Shown in pieces: positions 61,277 to 64,000 of a DNA stretch of 64,000 nt. Made by a program: the position numbers and the translations under genes. The notes under the pieces are model-generated. The model was not told the DNA's origin and made no database searches. It worked only from the letters and a program-made list of their open reading frames with translations. This DNA comes from Fimbriosthenelais zetlandica (Eukaryota): positions 17,732,001 to 17,796,000 of the forward strand of contig OZ365110.1 in the NCBI GenBank assembly GCA_977030845.1, written 5' to 3'. Positions within the stretch are counted from its first letter, which is position 1. Each line of letters opens with the position of its first letter.

Positions 61277-61965
61277 CAGTAGTCCCCCTCTTATGCGGCC
61301 CCTCTCGCGGGCGGCCACCCGCGTTATGCGGCCAGATTTCTGTAACATTAACCGCCTTACCATAGTTAAGCACCCCTCACCAGAGGCCACCCTCATTATG
61401 CGGCCAGCGGCCAGGGTTCTTGGCCGTCAATCCCCTCACGAGCGGCCAGCTCAGGCCATTAAAAACCCATGTGGATGATAATTAACAATGTGGTATTCAT
61501 GTTTGAAGGGAAGTCGCACTTGTCTGTTTTCAGTAAAAGAAAGATTATGTGATTAGGAATCCCTGGGTTTACATAATTATGTGTGAAAATTCCTCTGATA
61601 TGATAAGCGACTGGTTTGGCCTTAACGATCCCCTTTCATCTTATATCATCGGAGGTATTTAAAAGCCCCCAATAAATGTTTAAAACTAAAACTTTGTTAA
61701 GACAAAACACATCACTGATAACAGACAATGGACCAACTAACTTCAGTTACACATTGTGTACAGCTTCCTTTGATGTTGAAGTAGTTAGATGGCGGTGATG
61801 GTCGGGTGGGTAGGCATTGTATTTGTTGTTTTTGTGTTTAACTCTGGGTTTGGTCTGGACATTGAAATTAGCTTCCCGGGCCTACCCCTCTCACGAGAGG
61901 CCACCCGCATTATGCGGCCACTTTTCTGGTGCAGAAGGGGTGGCCGCATAAGAGGGGTTCTACTG
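61277..61965. mobile_element. Tc1/mariner-pogo-type MITE (689 bp), TA target sites
   Basis: TA|CAGTAGTCCCCCTCTTATGCGGCC ... GGCCGCATAAGAGGGGTTCTACTG|TA, with repeated subterminal gaggccaccc..ttatgcggcc motifs. Located ~200 bp upstream of the SLC5 start codon. Confidence 0.85.
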
Positions 61966-62434
61966 TATAGGCCTACATAATATTATGCTCGGTATATAAT
62001 TCCATAGTAGAGGTGAAAGAATCCAGTCCAATGCGATGTCAGAATATCATGAGTAAGCCATCCAGTCTTCCTTATATCCGAGTCTATAATATTTCATCAA
62101 GCCTCGAATTTTGCACCGTGAATTATTGTACCGGTATTGTATAATTTCTCTTGTATGAATCCTATATATATAGTAAAATATAAGATCAATTTTATAATAA
62201 AATATATTTCAGCTATAACTAAAGTAAAATGAAGAACTTACAGTTGTCTGTCACGGTTGAAGGCAGGAAGACACAATGTTTCATGCCAACCTTCACCTAT
62301 ATATAATATACTGGTATATCTCTCATCTCATGCTCCAAAAGGATCACAATTTCCCGCGGGGAATGCAAGACAGCATAATGAATGTGACCTTATTTTGCAG
62401 AATACTCCATGCAATTACACTAGAGTCGGAATGA

Positions 62435-62811
62435 GCCGGTGTATAGGCGTCCTAAAACACTCCCCCTAATAAACACTCTAGAGTGTTTTGAGGCTAGCCT
62501 CAGACATAATGTTTATGAGACTGTATAGAAGTGTAAATTTATGATGAAAAGAACATGAATGTATGTATTATTAGGGATTAATTAATGGGATGGGATGAAG
62601 GGATGAGTTGGATGGTTTTAGGCCTACACGTGTCTCGATCTCACAGAAGACAGCTAGCCTCAAAACACCGTGTGAGGGGGAGCTTATTCAGGCTAGGGGG
62701 AATATTTTGAGGCTAGCCTGAAAACCCGCTATCTAGAGTGTTTTCGGGCCAGCCTCAAAACACTGTGGAGTGTTCTGAGGCTGGAGAGTGTTTTAGAACT
62801 CCTACACCGGC
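62435..62811. mobile_element. MITE with imperfect ~28-bp TIRs and internal GAGGCTAGCCTC palindromes
   Basis: Left gccggtgtataggcgtcctaaaacactcc versus right-end reverse complement gccggtgtaggagttctaaaacactctcc. Several gaggctagcct/agtgttttgagg subterminal repeats. Confidence 0.75.
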
Positions 62812-63639
62812 ACCACGTCGAAATGAAAATTCTTTTATTCCTGGATATTCGACAGCATTTGGGCTGATTCCGAGTTGATTCCAATTATTCTGGCCCATTT
62901 TTGTATAGCTGGCCTGTATGTTTGTCTTATGTTCAAACTATCGATCTACATTCTTATATAGTATAGTACTACTAATAGTAGAGAAATATCGACCGGCATT
63001 CGAAGTATTCTAAGTGTTTTAGATGCAATGTGACTGCATTCTAAATAATATTATGATTATATAATTATATAGGCCTAGGAAGCATGCCTCATAGGCCTAC
63101 ACGTATATGGATATTGGTCAAGAGGAGCTGGTGCTAAAATTGACACGCCCCCTAGTGTAGTGTGAGTGTGGTAACTCACCTTTCCATGGTCACCATTCAT
63201 TGCACTATCTCCTTTACGTGGAATTAATTCAACTTGGGACAAACACCTCCTATATATATCCACTTACATACCTTTATGTACCAACATTTATTGTATTGTA
63301 CTTCATATATTTCATAGTATACGAGCTGATACTTTTTAATTTCTTGGCCCGAGTACATCATTTGAAGCATCATCGAAGCAGAATTTGGACGACAGGAGAG
63401 TATGGCATTTGAAGTGCATTATAAATATTGTGACTAGTTAACAGAATTACCCACTGCCTGTAATAGCTTAATTAACCAGCCTAATAATGATTAATCCTCT
63501 CAACCCTCCACTCATTGCGATACGATCGATCCTATTCTTGAGGCGTTTGGATGAGGAGGAGAATGTTAGAGTTGCCCAAAGCAGGATCTAGCGGAATTCT
63601 CACCGTCGTCTCCAGGCGACGTATAATAATTGTGATTAA

Positions 63640-63818
63640 AGCTGGAAGTCCACTGCTGCGATTTTCTTGCGACACAATTGCGACTAAGGTGATGCTTGCG
63701 ATGTAAAAAAAAATGTACCAGTGAAGGACGGCCTTAATGCCCTGGAAATTTTAACCACATTGTGTCACCTTTGTCGCAGTAGTGTCGCAAGCAAAATCGC
63801 AGCAGTGGAGTCCAGGCC
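63640..63818. mobile_element. PIF/Harbinger (Tourist-like) MITE, TAA target sites
   Basis: TAA at 63637-63639 and 63819-63821. About 50-bp imperfect TIR ccactgctgcgattttcttgcgacacaattgcgactaaggtga versus reverse complement ccactgctgcgattttgcttgcgacactactgcgacaaaggtga. Confidence 0.8.
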
Positions 63819-64000
63819 TAAGTAATAGAATGCATGAATGGGATCTTCTTTGTTACAGAACTGCTAACCAACTACATAAATTAAGAATTAAATTTACATT
63901 ATGATTTTGAAATCTAATAATATATATCTAAGTTGGTTGAAGAAATGGGTCCTCTAAATTATTACTCTTGAAAACGATGTAGTGTTAGCTACAAGACGGG

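Overview
AT-rich, intron-dense animal (invertebrate) genomic DNA. A lophotrochozoan-type origin is inferred from the gene families and SINE type and is not proven. Eight protein-coding genes could be assembled by hand from splice sites and reading-frame phase. (1) A ~4,000-aa apolipophorin/vitellogenin-type large lipid transfer protein, +, 2298-22351; 39 exons traced, including one of 4,015 bp; the signal-peptide exon was not found. (2,3) A head-to-head pair of paralogous secreted proteins, - 25427-27729 and + 28559-29766. Both end in the same unusual 10-Cys cystine knot and carry Gly/Tyr/His/Asn-rich low-complexity middles, one as a long tandem-repeat array. (4) A divergent GABA-B-receptor-like class C GPCR, +, 30954-36596. 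(5) A single-pass membrane protein with KCNE/MinK-like features, -, 38491-39534. (6) A 396-aa 'mini major-vault-protein'-like protein (3 MVP-type repeats, SPFH/shoulder domain, coiled coil), +, 48190-51201. (7) Ornithine aminotransferase, +, 52222-55355. (8) An SLC5A6/A8/A12-type Na+/solute symporter, -, 55572-61074, convergent with OAT. Also present: a tRNA-derived SINE with target-site duplication, a non-autonomous piggyBac-like element, several MITEs, mini/microsatellites and a short telomere-like inverted repeat. No CRISPR array, rRNA or intact tRNA was seen. The strongest novelty candidates are the divergent cystine-knot pair and the mini-MVP. All family assignments come from recalled motifs, not database searches.
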